Virus record (IMG/VR): IMGVR_UViG_3300021475_000001 | Coordinates: 32,001 to 96,000 of that record | Reading direction: 5' to 3' (one strand) | Length of the DNA: 64,000 bases | Source of the DNA: a virus | Made by a program: the position numbers and the translations under genes | Shown: positions 41,475 to 52,405 of the stretch, piece by piece | Numbering within the stretch: position 1 is the stretch's first letter | How the letters are laid out: each line of letters opens with the position of its first letter | Notes under the pieces: model-generated | Databases searched by the model: none | The model's input: the letters and a program-made list of their open reading frames with translations, nothing else | Told to the model about the DNA's origin: nothing

Positions 41475-42569
41475 CTAATTTCTCCCTTTGACGTTGGTTT
41501 GACGATGAATGGTTTCACCACTGCCGCGCATAAATGGTGCGACAATCCAATGTTTGTCACCGCGCCGGTTCAGATAGCTTGATACCATGTGAACACGTGG
41601 TGACTTGCGTGTGTAGCCGAGTGGCATTCCACGTTTATGCTCACGTTCTACCGGGTCCAGATACAAGGTCACCAGTGTATGATCCAGCCGTGGTATCTTG
41701 CGTTGCTTGACACGTTGCTTGTTGAGACGTGTCATAGAGACTGGTGTATAATCGACTATCTTACGACTGGAAGTAAGCAGTAGCAGACACGCCCACATTT
41801 GAATATATTCGCCGTAAACATCGGACATGGCATTAGCAAGACCTTCTTCGCCTTGTCTCTTGAGCAGGTGAATTAGATGCTCTACGGCCCAATCACCTTC
41901 CGGCTTGTGTTCTGCCGTTCGCCAGATTTCGAGATAGGCTTGTTGCTGTACTGGATTGTTTATCCATTGTTTAGCTACATTGCCTTCAAGAACACCAGTT
42001 TCGCGATAAGGGGATTGTTTGAACCGACTATCCAGATCGAAGAACGGTGCAAAGGCACCAATGTTGGGTGTCGGATCGTGTAGTGCCGACCAAACCCAAA
42101 TGGCTTGACCTTTACGCCCGTTGCTGTCGCATTCCAGAAGAAAGCCGACACGATCTGGTAGTGGACGATCTGCCCCAATGTAACCTTCGAAACGTCGTCG
42201 TAGTTCTTCACGTCCAGTTTCGTCCCATTCCACCCAAAGCTTGGTGTAGGGAATGCGACAGTTCAGCATGGCTTCAAGCATAACCTTAGGTCGACCAAGC
42301 GTCAATTCTACTGCCGTGTTGATTGCATTTTTGTCAAACAGAAAGCGTGGTGTTCCGACAAGACGATCTGTCAGTTCGCTGTAGATGCTTAGCGCTTTTG
42401 GCGGCAGCCAATTTGACGCGCGTGTCTCGGTTTTGCTTTTTATGTTTCTTGCCATCTCGGCAAGTCCATCCATGAGATACACGGAGTTATTCCTTAGTGA
42501 CAGACAATGGCGACTATGATTAAAATGAAAATTATCCAGCCGATACAGCCGAGCACACGTCCTACCCAT
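41475..42569 (-). CDS. hypothetical phage protein
   Basis: C-terminal SPRVH...HW..PF.RG motif common in phage proteins; true start probably ~42453-42472. Confidence 0.6.
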   Translation of the reverse strand: MGRTCARLYRLDNFHFNHSRHCLSLRNNSVYLMDGLAEMARNIKSKTETRASNWLPPKALSIYSELTDRLVGTPRFLFDKNAINTAVELTLGRPKVMLEAMLNCRIPYTKLWVEWDETGREELRRRFEGYIGADRPLPDRVGFLLECDSNGRKGQAIWVWSALHDPTPNIGAFAPFFDLDSRFKQSPYRETGVLEGNVAKQWINNPVQQQAYLEIWRTAEHKPEGDWAVEHLIHLLKRQGEEGLANAMSDVYGEYIQMWACLLLLTSSRKIVDYTPVSMTRLNKQRVKQRKIPRLDHTLVTLYLDPVEREHKRGMPLGYTRKSPRVHMVSSYLNRRGDKHWIVAPFMRGSGETIHRQTNVKGRN

Positions 42570-42724
42570 GGCACCAGATGTAGTACCAGGATAAACAGTA
42601 GCAGTGCGATTAAAACGTGCATTGGAACCTGTGAGTTGAGTTATATTATAGTGTCACTGACAGTTGAATGTCAATGATATTGTACGACTTGACAATTACT
42701 GTTCGCAGTGTCATATAAACACCC

Positions 42725-42973
42725 ATGAATGACATAATCGAAGACATCAAGGATTACCGTTTAATGCTTGGCCTGTCCCAAGTGGATTTTGCCGAGCGTT
42801 TTGGTCTTCCTGTGCAAACTTACGTGCAGTGGGAACGCCGCCGCCGTGAACCCGAAATGTCGGCAAAGGTGTTGCTGTCACTGATCATCAATTCACCAGA
42901 CGCGGTGATGAAGACTGTTCGTCGCAACACACGTCGCGAGATGGCGGGTGTCATGGCGGGCGCGTCCATCTAG
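42725..42973 (+). CDS. XRE HTH regulator (HigA/MqsA-like HTH)
   Basis: LGLSQVDFAERFG....YVQWE..RREP. Confidence 0.8.
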   Translation: MNDIIEDIKDYRLMLGLSQVDFAERFGLPVQTYVQWERRRREPEMSAKVLLSLIINSPDAVMKTVRRNTRREMAGVMAGASI

Positions 42974-43786
42974 AGAGTTGCGCGGCGCGCTTTTGGCGCA
43001 CGTGTTTTCGCATCCTTGATGGATGCATCCAGCATATCCGCTGATTGTTCAAGCACCTCGGCAGCAAACTTCCACAAATCTGGATGATGACCGTGAAGCT
43101 CGGTGTATTCCAGAATTACACCGACACCATTCTCCGCGTTTTTTCGATAGTTGCGTGCCGTGATACGCATGATCATTGGCACGTCTTCGATGTTTAGCGC
43201 GGTGACCAGACCGAAACTCATTTCTCTCTCCTACTAAGAAGATTTTCGTACCGTTCTATAAGCCGCTTTCGTGTCGGATCGCGTAGGGATGGGAGTTTAC
43301 GTTTGTGTAAACTGCCAAGTCCGGCGTGGTACATCGTGGCCCAGACTTCGCCGTAGGCTTCGTGACGATCATCGTCCAGTACGGCATCTTTGAAGTTTGG
43401 GTAGTCGATATCGAGAACGTTCTGGATCAGCGCCGCTGCCACTGTTGCCTTTGGTACACTGGCACGATAGAGATAGTCACGCGCTAGCGTGACGATCACT
43501 TTGGCATCTGGTATCAGCTTCTCAATGTCACCGTGAAAACGCGACCGTACCAACAGATTGCCGGAATGAGTCTCGTCTTTCACGATGGAATAGAAGCCTT
43601 TTGTCGTATAAACCCACATTTGGAATTCCTGTCTTTCTCTTGAGTTATTCCATAACTGTTTTTTAGTCCGTCGTACTTTATATCTCACTGAGCCTGGGAA
43701 GTCAAGTGGTTTACCACAAACTTTGCTGTTGACAAAATACGTTCAATGACATTATATGCGCATCTAGTCAGAACGAGGACATTAAA

Positions 43787-44101
43787 ATGTCGATGGTGTG
43801 GAAAGCCAAGCATCCTCAGGCAGACCCTGAGATGATGGGCTATATTCCGATGTTTCTAAATGATAAAGACCCGCGCTCTGCGCGTGAACAACTTGACTTG
43901 GCTTATGGACACGGCGGTGGTTGGCGACCCTTTAAAGGGTTCACCATGCTGTCGAATGGCAATATGCAGTATCCTGGTGATCCGCCGACGCAGTTGTTAT
44001 TTGAGTCAAAAATGCGTAATGAAGTCATTCGGTTTTATGATTGCTCTTGGGTAGCAATTATTCAGCCGGATGGTTCATTTGAAGTGTGTAGAATGGACTG
44101 A
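43787..44101 (+). CDS. hypothetical protein
   Basis: TTGACA-17-TTATAT promoter and GAGGA RBS upstream. Confidence 0.6.
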   Translation: MSMVWKAKHPQADPEMMGYIPMFLNDKDPRSAREQLDLAYGHGGGWRPFKGFTMLSNGNMQYPGDPPTQLLFESKMRNEVIRFYDCSWVAIIQPDGSFEVCRMD

Positions 44102-44344
44102 TTATATGGAACACACACCAGAACAACATGATATAATTCGGCGTATCGGTGAAGCTACCGCGCGTTTTGACGAGGCGGCTGAAGCGCAAGTAGCGGCTGA
44201 AGCTGAGGTCGGGCGCGATCTAATCGACATTGCAACAAAGATGATCGCCGCGATTAACCGGACGGGTGAACTTGTCCGGCTTAACCGGATATGTGGTGAT
44301 CTGTTTCGCGAGTATCTTGACACACTACGCTGAAGGTCTGCCAT

Positions 44345-44564
44345 TGACCAAAGATCGAGAGAGTACCATAAGGTTAGAGTGAGCCAAACACTACGAGAGT
44401 ACCACGCCTGCGGCGCGAACCACTCTATTGGAGAGTACCAAAATCTCAGCGTGAACCATTAGTTAAGAGAGTACCATGATCTTTGCGTGAATCAAGAGAT
44501 CCGAGAAGTACCATGATCTGTGAATGAGCCATAGATGCGGAGAGTACCAATGTGGGACGAGCGT
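44345..44564 (+). ncRNA. TIGR-like array 8 (~6 units)
   Basis: GAGAGTACCA from 44359 to 44540 spans 5 periods (181 nt). Confidence 0.85.
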
Positions 44565-44804
44565 ATGTCACCACTAGCCGATTTTCTGGTAATACCACTT
44601 CGTTGTCGGCTGGGATGGCATCATTGGGTTCGCTTCTCGCGTGTCAACGACATTTGTATTTGGCGTTGCCGTCGTTGTCACAAGACGGTTGAAGTCCATG
44701 ATCCGGTTTACCGGAAATTGCGCCGACAGTAGAAATCGCTATGCTTGGAACAGTCATCGTGATAGTAGAAAGAACATCTACACTTCCAGACGTGAGGGGA
44801 AGTC

Positions 44805-47800
44805 GTGACGTTCTTACACACGATCAACACCGCTGGAAGAAAGGTGTTCTTTCACTTTCACGATGCGTCCAAGACAAAACGCGTTCACGATGCACCGGTA
44901 TGGAAGGAAGAAGAACACCCGCGCGCTAAGTCTGGACAATTTGTCAAGGGTGCTGGTGTACATCCCAGTGAAAAGCCACAGGCAGCACCGGGTGCTGTGG
45001 TTGTCAATCCTGTTGCACTGGCACTAAAAGAACACGGATACGAGAAGATAAAGAGTAAAAAAGGTACCAATCTATATCACCATCCATTGTCTGGTCATCA
45101 AGTCGAAGTTCATGCCGCCTCTACGGGTCAGAAGTGGCTGACAGGCTGGACGCATTCTGAGGGTGGTACTGGTAGCGGTGCCGGTAAGCTATCCAAGCAT
45201 CTGGCTGGTATCAATCACGGCGCACCGCCAAGCGGTCCGCCAGGTATTCTGCCTGAACTCTCCAAGCAGATGGGACTTGTGCCCAAGCCGACACCGACAC
45301 CACCTCCTACACCAACAGCCACCGCAGCGGTACATCCTAAGCCGCAGATTCACGCCAAGATGACAGAGTTGGGATTTAAGCCCGCTTTTTCTGGTCCCAA
45401 TACCACAACTTACACCAGTCCAACCAAGGGTAAAGTCATTCTAAAGAATGACACACCGGCAACTGGTATTGATAAGGGTAAGTTGAACTGGTCATACACA
45501 CCACCTACTGGCCCGTCTATTTCTGGTCATGGGGTGATGAGTGGTAATCTAGCTAGTACTATTGCTTCTAAGAAATCTGCGTGGGAAAGTGAAACACCTA
45601 GCACAAGTGTCATCGGACCTAAGGGCATCGAGAAGGTACTGCCGAATAAGGAAGTTGTGAACGGCACCACGATCTACGCTAACCCAGATGGATCCGAGTC
45701 AGTTGCCATTAAACCAGATGGCACTTGGAAGATATGGCAGGGTGAGAAGGTCATGGCCTACGGGTCTGGCCAGGAGGGACTTAACAGTGAGTTTGAACAC
45801 CTTCACCCGCGTGGTGAAGGCGGCAAGTTCATCGCCAAACCAAAGCCAGCGGGAGTGAGTGAAGCAGATCACAAGACACTGACCGATGCTGGTTACGAGT
45901 TTGTTGGACCGGCACCTTGGGCGTTTCAGGGTGCCGCTGGTGACATATCTGTTTACGGTAAACCAGACGGCTCGGTTATCTTAGCAAAACCTGCTACTGA
46001 AGCTGGGGGTCAATCTACTATTTTCCCAGTATATCCAAAGATTTTAGAAAGTCCTGATGAGGAAAATTACAAAGATTTGGCGAAGATGCTGGGGACGGCA
46101 CCAAAGCCAGGTGAAGTACCGACTGGTGTTGCTGATCCATATGCATCTTCTGTGGCGTCAGACATAAAAGAGAATATGGATAAACTCGATCAAGCAGAAT
46201 TTCATGAGATGTTGAGCAACAATGGGTTTGTGCCTGTTACGGATATGACAGGTCATACGAAGTTTAAGAAAGGGAATGATTACGTCTATGTTTCTAAGGA
46301 GGATGGAATAGGTGCGCATTGGCAAATTTCTACTCCCAATAACACATTTAATAAAGAAGGTTACGGCATCAACGAACTTTATGATGCACTGGGACTAAAT
46401 CCAGCAACATCAAACTATCAGCCACCATCGACAGGTTTAATGGGAGCATGGCAAGTTCCGATTGAAGTCTCTAACGGACCAAAAGATTTGGGGGACTATT
46501 CGTTTGCCCATCCGGGGTTCCCGGAAGAACCAGCGAATCAGTACGAATTTCCTGATGGTACAAAATTAGTCACCAGTAAAGAATCTGACAAATATGAGTT
46601 TATTGATCCTGAGTATAAGACAATTGCTCATGGTAATGGGCAGCAAGGTCTTGACAATGACGCCTATAATCTTGGCTTGACAGGTAGTCCGCCAGCGACA
46701 GTTCCGCCACCGCCTCCGCCATCAACGGGAGCCTCTAATCTTCAGCAGTCGTTGATGAGTATTGCTAGTCCGTTGAAGAGTGACGGTTTTACTATAACAC
46801 CAGGATTTGATCCTGATGCGATAGTGGGTGTCTTGAATAATGATCCTGACAAGATCAAGATGGCGTTTACTTATAATCATGACACTCAGAAAGGACTTGT
46901 GTCGTGGCAACTGCCTGGTGGACAGCCAGGTGATAGTGAAACATTTACGGGTAATGCCGCTAAATTTTACAACTATGTGAAAACCAAGTTTGATGAGGTT
47001 AAAATCTCGGCGCAAAGTTCACCAATCAAGGCCGAACACTTCAGTAAGAGTACTTTTATACCTACCGAGTTGAATGGTGTTAAGTTTGACAGTTGGACAC
47101 CACCAGCCAATTGGGCTGATGTCGAAGGACAGAATCCGCACATTCAAGAACCGCCGATGACCGCGACACCAAATAAGAAGATCAGTTGTGGTTTGTTGAT
47201 TGAAGAGCCTGATGGACGTGTCTGGATCGTCAAGCCAACAAATTCTTTTGGTGGCTACAATTACACTTTCCCAAAGGGTGGGCAGGAGCCGGGTCAGTCA
47301 CTGCAAACGACAGCGATCAAAGAGGCGTGGGAAGAGAGTGGTCTGAAAGCCGAAATCACCGGCTTTGCTGGTGATTATCTGGGTGACACTAGTATCACGC
47401 GCTACTACCATGCAAAACGTACTGGTGGTACACCAAAAGATTATGACACTGGTGAGACTGAGGGAGTGTCACTCATTCCCAAAGAGGAACTGGGTCAGTA
47501 TCTGAATAAGGCACGTGATCTACAGATTGCCAAGGACCACTTCTCGCCAAAGGCTGTTGGTCATTCGTTACATATGAGTGATCTTACCAAGATTTCTGAT
47601 AAGAAGGGTAGTAATCCTGGTGGTATATACGAAAATCTGGAAGGTAAGAAATACTATGTAAAGCATCTCAAAACAGCACAACATGTGGCTAACGAACTAC
47701 TCGCCGCCGATCTTCTGGCAAAGGGTGGTGGCGGTACGTTGAAGTATCATGCAGTACATGGTGACGGTCCTTTTAAGAATAGTATTGGTACTGATTATGA

Positions 47801-48959
47801 AAACTTGCAAAAGGATAATGTCAGTAAACTGTCACTGAGTGAGAAGAAACAGGCACAGAGCGATTTTGCATTGAATGCTTGGTTGGCTAACTGGGACGCG
47901 GCGGGCACTGGCGGTGACAATGTTGGTATATTGAACGGTAAAGCACTCACTCTTGATGTTGGTGGTGCGTTACTGTATCGAGCAATGGGTGATCCGAAGG
48001 GTAGTGCCTTTGGCAATGATCCCACCGAGTGGAACACATTACGTGACCCGGCCAAGAACTATGATGCCCATAAACTCTATGGTGACATGACGAATGAAGA
48101 ATTGAAAGCATCTGTTGACAAGCTCAACAATATCACCAATAAAGATATTGTAGATGCTGTACACACTTATTTTGATGCTAATAGTGCTGTTGCCACGGAA
48201 CTTACTGACAAGCTGATTGCAAGACGTGATAAATTGTTGGCACTGGGTGCGTCACTTAAGGTCGCAGCACCGCCACCACCACCGCAGCCGACCACACCAC
48301 CGAAACCGACACCGCCGCCGCAACCAAAACAGACACATGCGGCAGGCGTTGGTAGTTATGTCGAAGGTGGATCGTCTTACAGTAAGCAGTATGTGACTTC
48401 ACCCACCGAGCCACATAAAACTCCCAGCCAAGTCTATGATGACTTGAATGCTGCGGTGACTATTCCGTCTTCCGTGCGGAGCGATCTTGTATATTACAAG
48501 GGTAGTGGTTATACGCCAATCAATGACTGTTTACGGTACTCGGATGATTGCGATCACATTAAGCAGGTGAAGCCAATACGCGACTTTATTAAGAATGCCC
48601 CACGCACGTCAAAGCCGTTGACCATGTTTCGTGGTATCAGAAACAAACATGGTTTCACTGATTCGGTGAAGTCACAAATCAAGAAGGCTGAGGCGGCTGG
48701 AGTACCATTTCGTCTGAAAGACGAAGCATTTATGTCCATGTCTACTTCGATAGATGTAGCCAAAGGCTTTGCTGGCTATGATGGTATGGTAGTGATTGTA
48801 GAGGTACCACAAGGCTCACATGTTGCTTCGGTTCATAATGAAATTGGTGAATATGAGAGTCTGGCACAACAAAGTTCGCGTCTGGTATTGACAGGTGAAA
48901 AAGACCAACTTACTGGTGCTTGGAAAGCAAGACTGGATCAATCACACTTAGGAGCTTAA
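44805..48959 (+). CDS. 1384-aa multidomain protein: NUDIX + PI3K/HipA-like kinase fold + VIP2-type ADP-ribosyltransferase
   Basis: Nudix box GGQEPGQSLQTTAIKEAWEESG; YYVK..NE..WLANWD..DN..LDVG; YTPINDCLR, MFRG, FMSMSTS, GEYE. Confidence 0.75.
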   Translation: MTFLHTINTAGRKVFFHFHDASKTKRVHDAPVWKEEEHPRAKSGQFVKGAGVHPSEKPQAAPGAVVVNPVALALKEHGYEKIKSKKGTNLYHHPLSGHQVEVHAASTGQKWLTGWTHSEGGTGSGAGKLSKHLAGINHGAPPSGPPGILPELSKQMGLVPKPTPTPPPTPTATAAVHPKPQIHAKMTELGFKPAFSGPNTTTYTSPTKGKVILKNDTPATGIDKGKLNWSYTPPTGPSISGHGVMSGNLASTIASKKSAWESETPSTSVIGPKGIEKVLPNKEVVNGTTIYANPDGSESVAIKPDGTWKIWQGEKVMAYGSGQEGLNSEFEHLHPRGEGGKFIAKPKPAGVSEADHKTLTDAGYEFVGPAPWAFQGAAGDISVYGKPDGSVILAKPATEAGGQSTIFPVYPKILESPDEENYKDLAKMLGTAPKPGEVPTGVADPYASSVASDIKENMDKLDQAEFHEMLSNNGFVPVTDMTGHTKFKKGNDYVYVSKEDGIGAHWQISTPNNTFNKEGYGINELYDALGLNPATSNYQPPSTGLMGAWQVPIEVSNGPKDLGDYSFAHPGFPEEPANQYEFPDGTKLVTSKESDKYEFIDPEYKTIAHGNGQQGLDNDAYNLGLTGSPPATVPPPPPPSTGASNLQQSLMSIASPLKSDGFTITPGFDPDAIVGVLNNDPDKIKMAFTYNHDTQKGLVSWQLPGGQPGDSETFTGNAAKFYNYVKTKFDEVKISAQSSPIKAEHFSKSTFIPTELNGVKFDSWTPPANWADVEGQNPHIQEPPMTATPNKKISCGLLIEEPDGRVWIVKPTNSFGGYNYTFPKGGQEPGQSLQTTAIKEAWEESGLKAEITGFAGDYLGDTSITRYYHAKRTGGTPKDYDTGETEGVSLIPKEELGQYLNKARDLQIAKDHFSPKAVGHSLHMSDLTKISDKKGSNPGGIYENLEGKKYYVKHLKTAQHVANELLAADLLAKGGGGTLKYHAVHGDGPFKNSIGTDYENLQKDNVSKLSLSEKKQAQSDFALNAWLANWDAAGTGGDNVGILNGKALTLDVGGALLYRAMGDPKGSAFGNDPTEWNTLRDPAKNYDAHKLYGDMTNEELKASVDKLNNITNKDIVDAVHTYFDANSAVATELTDKLIARRDKLLALGASLKVAAPPPPPQPTTPPKPTPPPQPKQTHAAGVGSYVEGGSSYSKQYVTSPTEPHKTPSQVYDDLNAAVTIPSSVRSDLVYYKGSGYTPINDCLRYSDDCDHIKQVKPIRDFIKNAPRTSKPLTMFRGIRNKHGFTDSVKSQIKKAEAAGVPFRLKDEAFMSMSTSIDVAKGFAGYDGMVVIVEVPQGSHVASVHNEIGEYESLAQQSSRLVLTGEKDQLTGAWKARLDQSHLGA

Positions 48960-49263
48960 TCGTGGCAGAAAAAGATGACGACAGTAATCGCTTTGCCTGG
49001 GGTCCAGGTGAAGTGCAGTATGAAGACCCGATCACTGGTGAATGGAAGTGGCTGGGTGAACCCGACCCGAAACGGGTCAAGGCGGTGCAGGCACCAAAGA
49101 AGTCGAAGGACGCCAAGTTGAAGCAGAAGCCGAAAGTACAGGTGCATATACACCGAAAATAGACGCGTTCTGAGCGCGCTACAGTGACATGAAAGACTGA
49201 GACAGTGACAGACAGCGCAAAACAGCTTCAGCGCATCAGGCGCTCGCCGCAGGGCATGTAGCG

Positions 49264-50409
49264 ATGAACGTGCGCGTCTTCGATCATCGAGGCGTCAGAG
49301 TGCGACTGCACGCGCATTCAACACATGACTGTGGTTGCGATTGCAAGTGCGGAAAGACCAGGGACATGTTGGCACGGGTCTTCAGGGTCAGAGACACCAG
49401 GGTCTTTCTACACTTTCATGATTTTGATCCTGAGGAACTGCGTGAACCATCTGGTAAGTGGACAAAAGGTAGTGGAGGAGGTGCTACTGCCAAACCTACC
49501 TCGTCTCGGGGCGGTCGTGCCTCGGCTAATTTTCAGCCATTAGAGAAAGGCCCGGTAATTAAAGGTAAGGGTCAAACTTGGACGCTACCAGGCGGTAAGC
49601 CCCTACCAAGTCATCTCAAAAAACTACTTGAGTCTAAGAAAATACCACCAGGCTGGACTAACCCACGCTTTAATCCTGACCCAAAGGGTCATCTGGTAGT
49701 GGTTGGTGAAGACTCGAAAGGCCGCACACAACCACTGTATTCGGTGAAGCATGACCAGTCACAGGCCGCGGACAAGTTTCGACGTTCGCAGATACTTGAC
49801 GATGGTAAGTTTGACAAGATCATGGCGAAGAACCAGCAAGCTAAGAAGTCGCGTGATCCACGCACACGTGAGCTTGCCGCTGTTCTGTCACTGATTATGC
49901 ACTCGGGTATTCGTCCCGGCTCTGATGTTGACACTGGGGCTGACTACAAGTCGTATGGTGCGACCACGTTGGAGGGTCAGCACGTTGTCACCGATAAAGA
50001 TGGTAACACTTCACTAGTGTATGTTGCTGGTAAGCATAAGGGTAAGGACGTGACGATCAAGATCACTGATCCAGAAATAGCCAAAGATTTGCAGGATCGT
50101 GCAAAGCAAGTTGGTGAAGGTAATCAGTTGTTCCCGCAGTCTGATGCCAGACGATTACTGGCCCATGTCAAAGGTGTTGCTGGTAAAGACTTTAAGACCA
50201 AGGACTTTAGAACTCTGATTGGTACAAAGGTCGCTGGCAACGAAGTCGCCAGTATGCCAGTACCAAAAGACCCAAAAGAGTACAAGAGATTTGTCACCGC
50301 CGTGGCGACCAAGGTGTCTGAGACATTGGGTAACACACCAGCGGTGGCGTTGCAGTCTTATATTTCACCACATGTGTTTGCTAGTTGGAAAATGGCCAGT
50401 GGTGCATGA
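49264..50409 (+). CDS. DNA topoisomerase IB (bacterial/viral type) with N-terminal extension
   Basis: GRTQPLY, GIRPG, YGATTL, GK, KDFRT, LGNTP, SYI catalytic set. Confidence 0.85.
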   Translation: MNVRVFDHRGVRVRLHAHSTHDCGCDCKCGKTRDMLARVFRVRDTRVFLHFHDFDPEELREPSGKWTKGSGGGATAKPTSSRGGRASANFQPLEKGPVIKGKGQTWTLPGGKPLPSHLKKLLESKKIPPGWTNPRFNPDPKGHLVVVGEDSKGRTQPLYSVKHDQSQAADKFRRSQILDDGKFDKIMAKNQQAKKSRDPRTRELAAVLSLIMHSGIRPGSDVDTGADYKSYGATTLEGQHVVTDKDGNTSLVYVAGKHKGKDVTIKITDPEIAKDLQDRAKQVGEGNQLFPQSDARRLLAHVKGVAGKDFKTKDFRTLIGTKVAGNEVASMPVPKDPKEYKRFVTAVATKVSETLGNTPAVALQSYISPHVFASWKMASGA

Positions 50410-50679
50410 TGAGCGAACTAGCCAAACGATCTGATCGTCCGGCGGTGTCGTTGTTTGCGGAGCTTGGTAGGTCTTGTAACGGTTTTGGTTACCGGAAAGT
50501 GGTTGATGCCGGTTTTAATTTGATCATCAATGCCTTCTGTATGTTGTACAAAAATCGTGACGAAGCCATTCGTGAGTGGGACGCGATATCTGTCATTACC
50601 AAGGATAAACTGGTGAACTGCTATGACGAGTCTGGGCGCTTGAAGCGCGCTTACTTCTACAATCAGGTGTTCCCAGACA

Positions 50680-51300
50680 ATGACGGACAACAATCCTAAA
50701 ACATCTGCATCTGGCATTATTGGGCAGATACTGGGATATGTTGATAAGCCGTGGAAAGCCGTTGTCATTATTGCATTTGCTCTAATAGGTGGACTTGGTT
50801 GGTTACTTTATGACCAACGTGATATAATCCTTGAGTCCTGGCTGACACCTGAGTCTCTGGAATTGAAGACGCATGACGTACCGCAAGCACTGGAAAAACT
50901 GACTGAAGAGACAGACGCCGATCTTATTCAGATTTGGGCCGTAGACTTGGGCAGTAATTCACAGCGATTTATCGCCGCTAGACGAAAAGACGGTGAAAGA
51001 CCGATAATACCATCACCGCGTCGGTTGCCGATAATTGTCACTACTTCCGATGTACAAGCACTGGTAGATGTTCTCAATGGTCATCCGACTTGTGTCGATA
51101 CAAGGGAACGTGAGTCACCGCTGATGCGTCGTTTAACTGATCGTGGAGTGGTACGAGCTTGTGCGATGCCGATACCCCCTAGCCCAGAAGCGTTTGTCGG
51201 TGTGATCTATTTGGCCTGGCATAACAAACCTGATTCTCGTGAAGAAGATATTGCGGTATCTGCGGCAAGAGAAGTAGCGGGTCAGCTAATTAAGCGGTGA
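50680..51300 (+). CDS. membrane protein with periplasmic GAF-like domain (possible holin)
   Basis: One TM segment, then ACAMPIP...FVGVIYL; same architecture as T4 holin T. Confidence 0.35.
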   Translation: MTDNNPKTSASGIIGQILGYVDKPWKAVVIIAFALIGGLGWLLYDQRDIILESWLTPESLELKTHDVPQALEKLTEETDADLIQIWAVDLGSNSQRFIAARRKDGERPIIPSPRRLPIIVTTSDVQALVDVLNGHPTCVDTRERESPLMRRLTDRGVVRACAMPIPPSPEAFVGVIYLAWHNKPDSREEDIAVSAAREVAGQLIKR

Positions 51301-51590
51301 ATATTTGGATGTTGTAAATTTGTGTCTTTGAGCGTATGATCTACTGTTAATGGGAGAAGTAAGATGCCTGACATTTCCAAGATGCCGCCTTTACCGGGCG
51401 CACATTATGGTGAATTTCAAGAACAACCGAAGGAAGATGATGATCCGCCGGAGGTTGAAGGCATGGATAATGACGATGACGAATTGGAGGATGAAACTGA
51501 TCCTTCACTAATCGCCATGCTTGGTTTTGATCCGTTAGAGTTGGAGAGTGATGAAGAAGAAAACAAAGGGGATGGTACTAAGCAGAAGGA

Positions 51591-52139
51591 GTGATTGTGG
51601 TGGCGAAACATATACACGTGCATCTGACTAGAGATGCCTTTGTAGAGTCACAACATCCGCGTAAACATGGCGAGTTTGTGAAAAAAGGTACTGGTACTAG
51701 TGGTAAGTCTAGTGCCGGTCCTGCCGCTAAATCGTCGCCAAAATCAACACCAAAAGCCGCACCGGCTAAAGCCGCACCAGCTAAAGCGTCGCCGGCGGAA
51801 CTGCACGCCAAGCACGAAGATATCGCGAAGTCTGTTGTTGCAATGGTGAAGCGTGATCCGTTCTTGGGTAGACATGCTAGTGTCGCTGAATATGGTAATC
51901 CTCTGATTGATCGCAAGAATCCTGATGGTTCTGTGGAATTTAGTATTCGTGATTTAGGTCAGTGGGAGAATCCACCGGAAGCCAGAAATGAAGAAGACTA
52001 CGATTGGCAAGTGCCGACACAGAAGACGAAAGAGGCAGTGAAGAAACTTAAAGAACATATCGAAAAGACTTATGGCGTTAAAGTGGAAGTCAGTGGCAGT
52101 GAGAAGAACTACACCGACTTCACTATCGGTCCAAAGTGA
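51591..52139 (+). CDS. putative head-associated protein with HIHVH/HPR tag
   Basis: KHIHVHLTRDAFVESQHPRKHGEFVKKG. Confidence 0.6.
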   Translation: MIVVAKHIHVHLTRDAFVESQHPRKHGEFVKKGTGTSGKSSAGPAAKSSPKSTPKAAPAKAAPAKASPAELHAKHEDIAKSVVAMVKRDPFLGRHASVAEYGNPLIDRKNPDGSVEFSIRDLGQWENPPEARNEEDYDWQVPTQKTKEAVKKLKEHIEKTYGVKVEVSGSEKNYTDFTIGPK

Positions 52140-52405
52140 GACTTGCCAAGCGTTGATGTTGATACTTCTGGTGGCGGCACTGGTTGCTGATACCATACCG
52201 CAAAGCTGTCAGAAGCTGGTCAAGTTGCAGCATCAATGCGCAGTTGATGGTTGCGATAATCGCGAAATAGAGCGGTTACGTAAACAATGCAAACAGGACA
52301 ATGGTGGTAGTGAGCCAATACAAATACCTCCCTGGAAATGATATGTTATTGCAACGGAGTCGACAGTCGGGCATGTTGACGAGGCAGTGACAGAGGATTC
52401 GTAAT

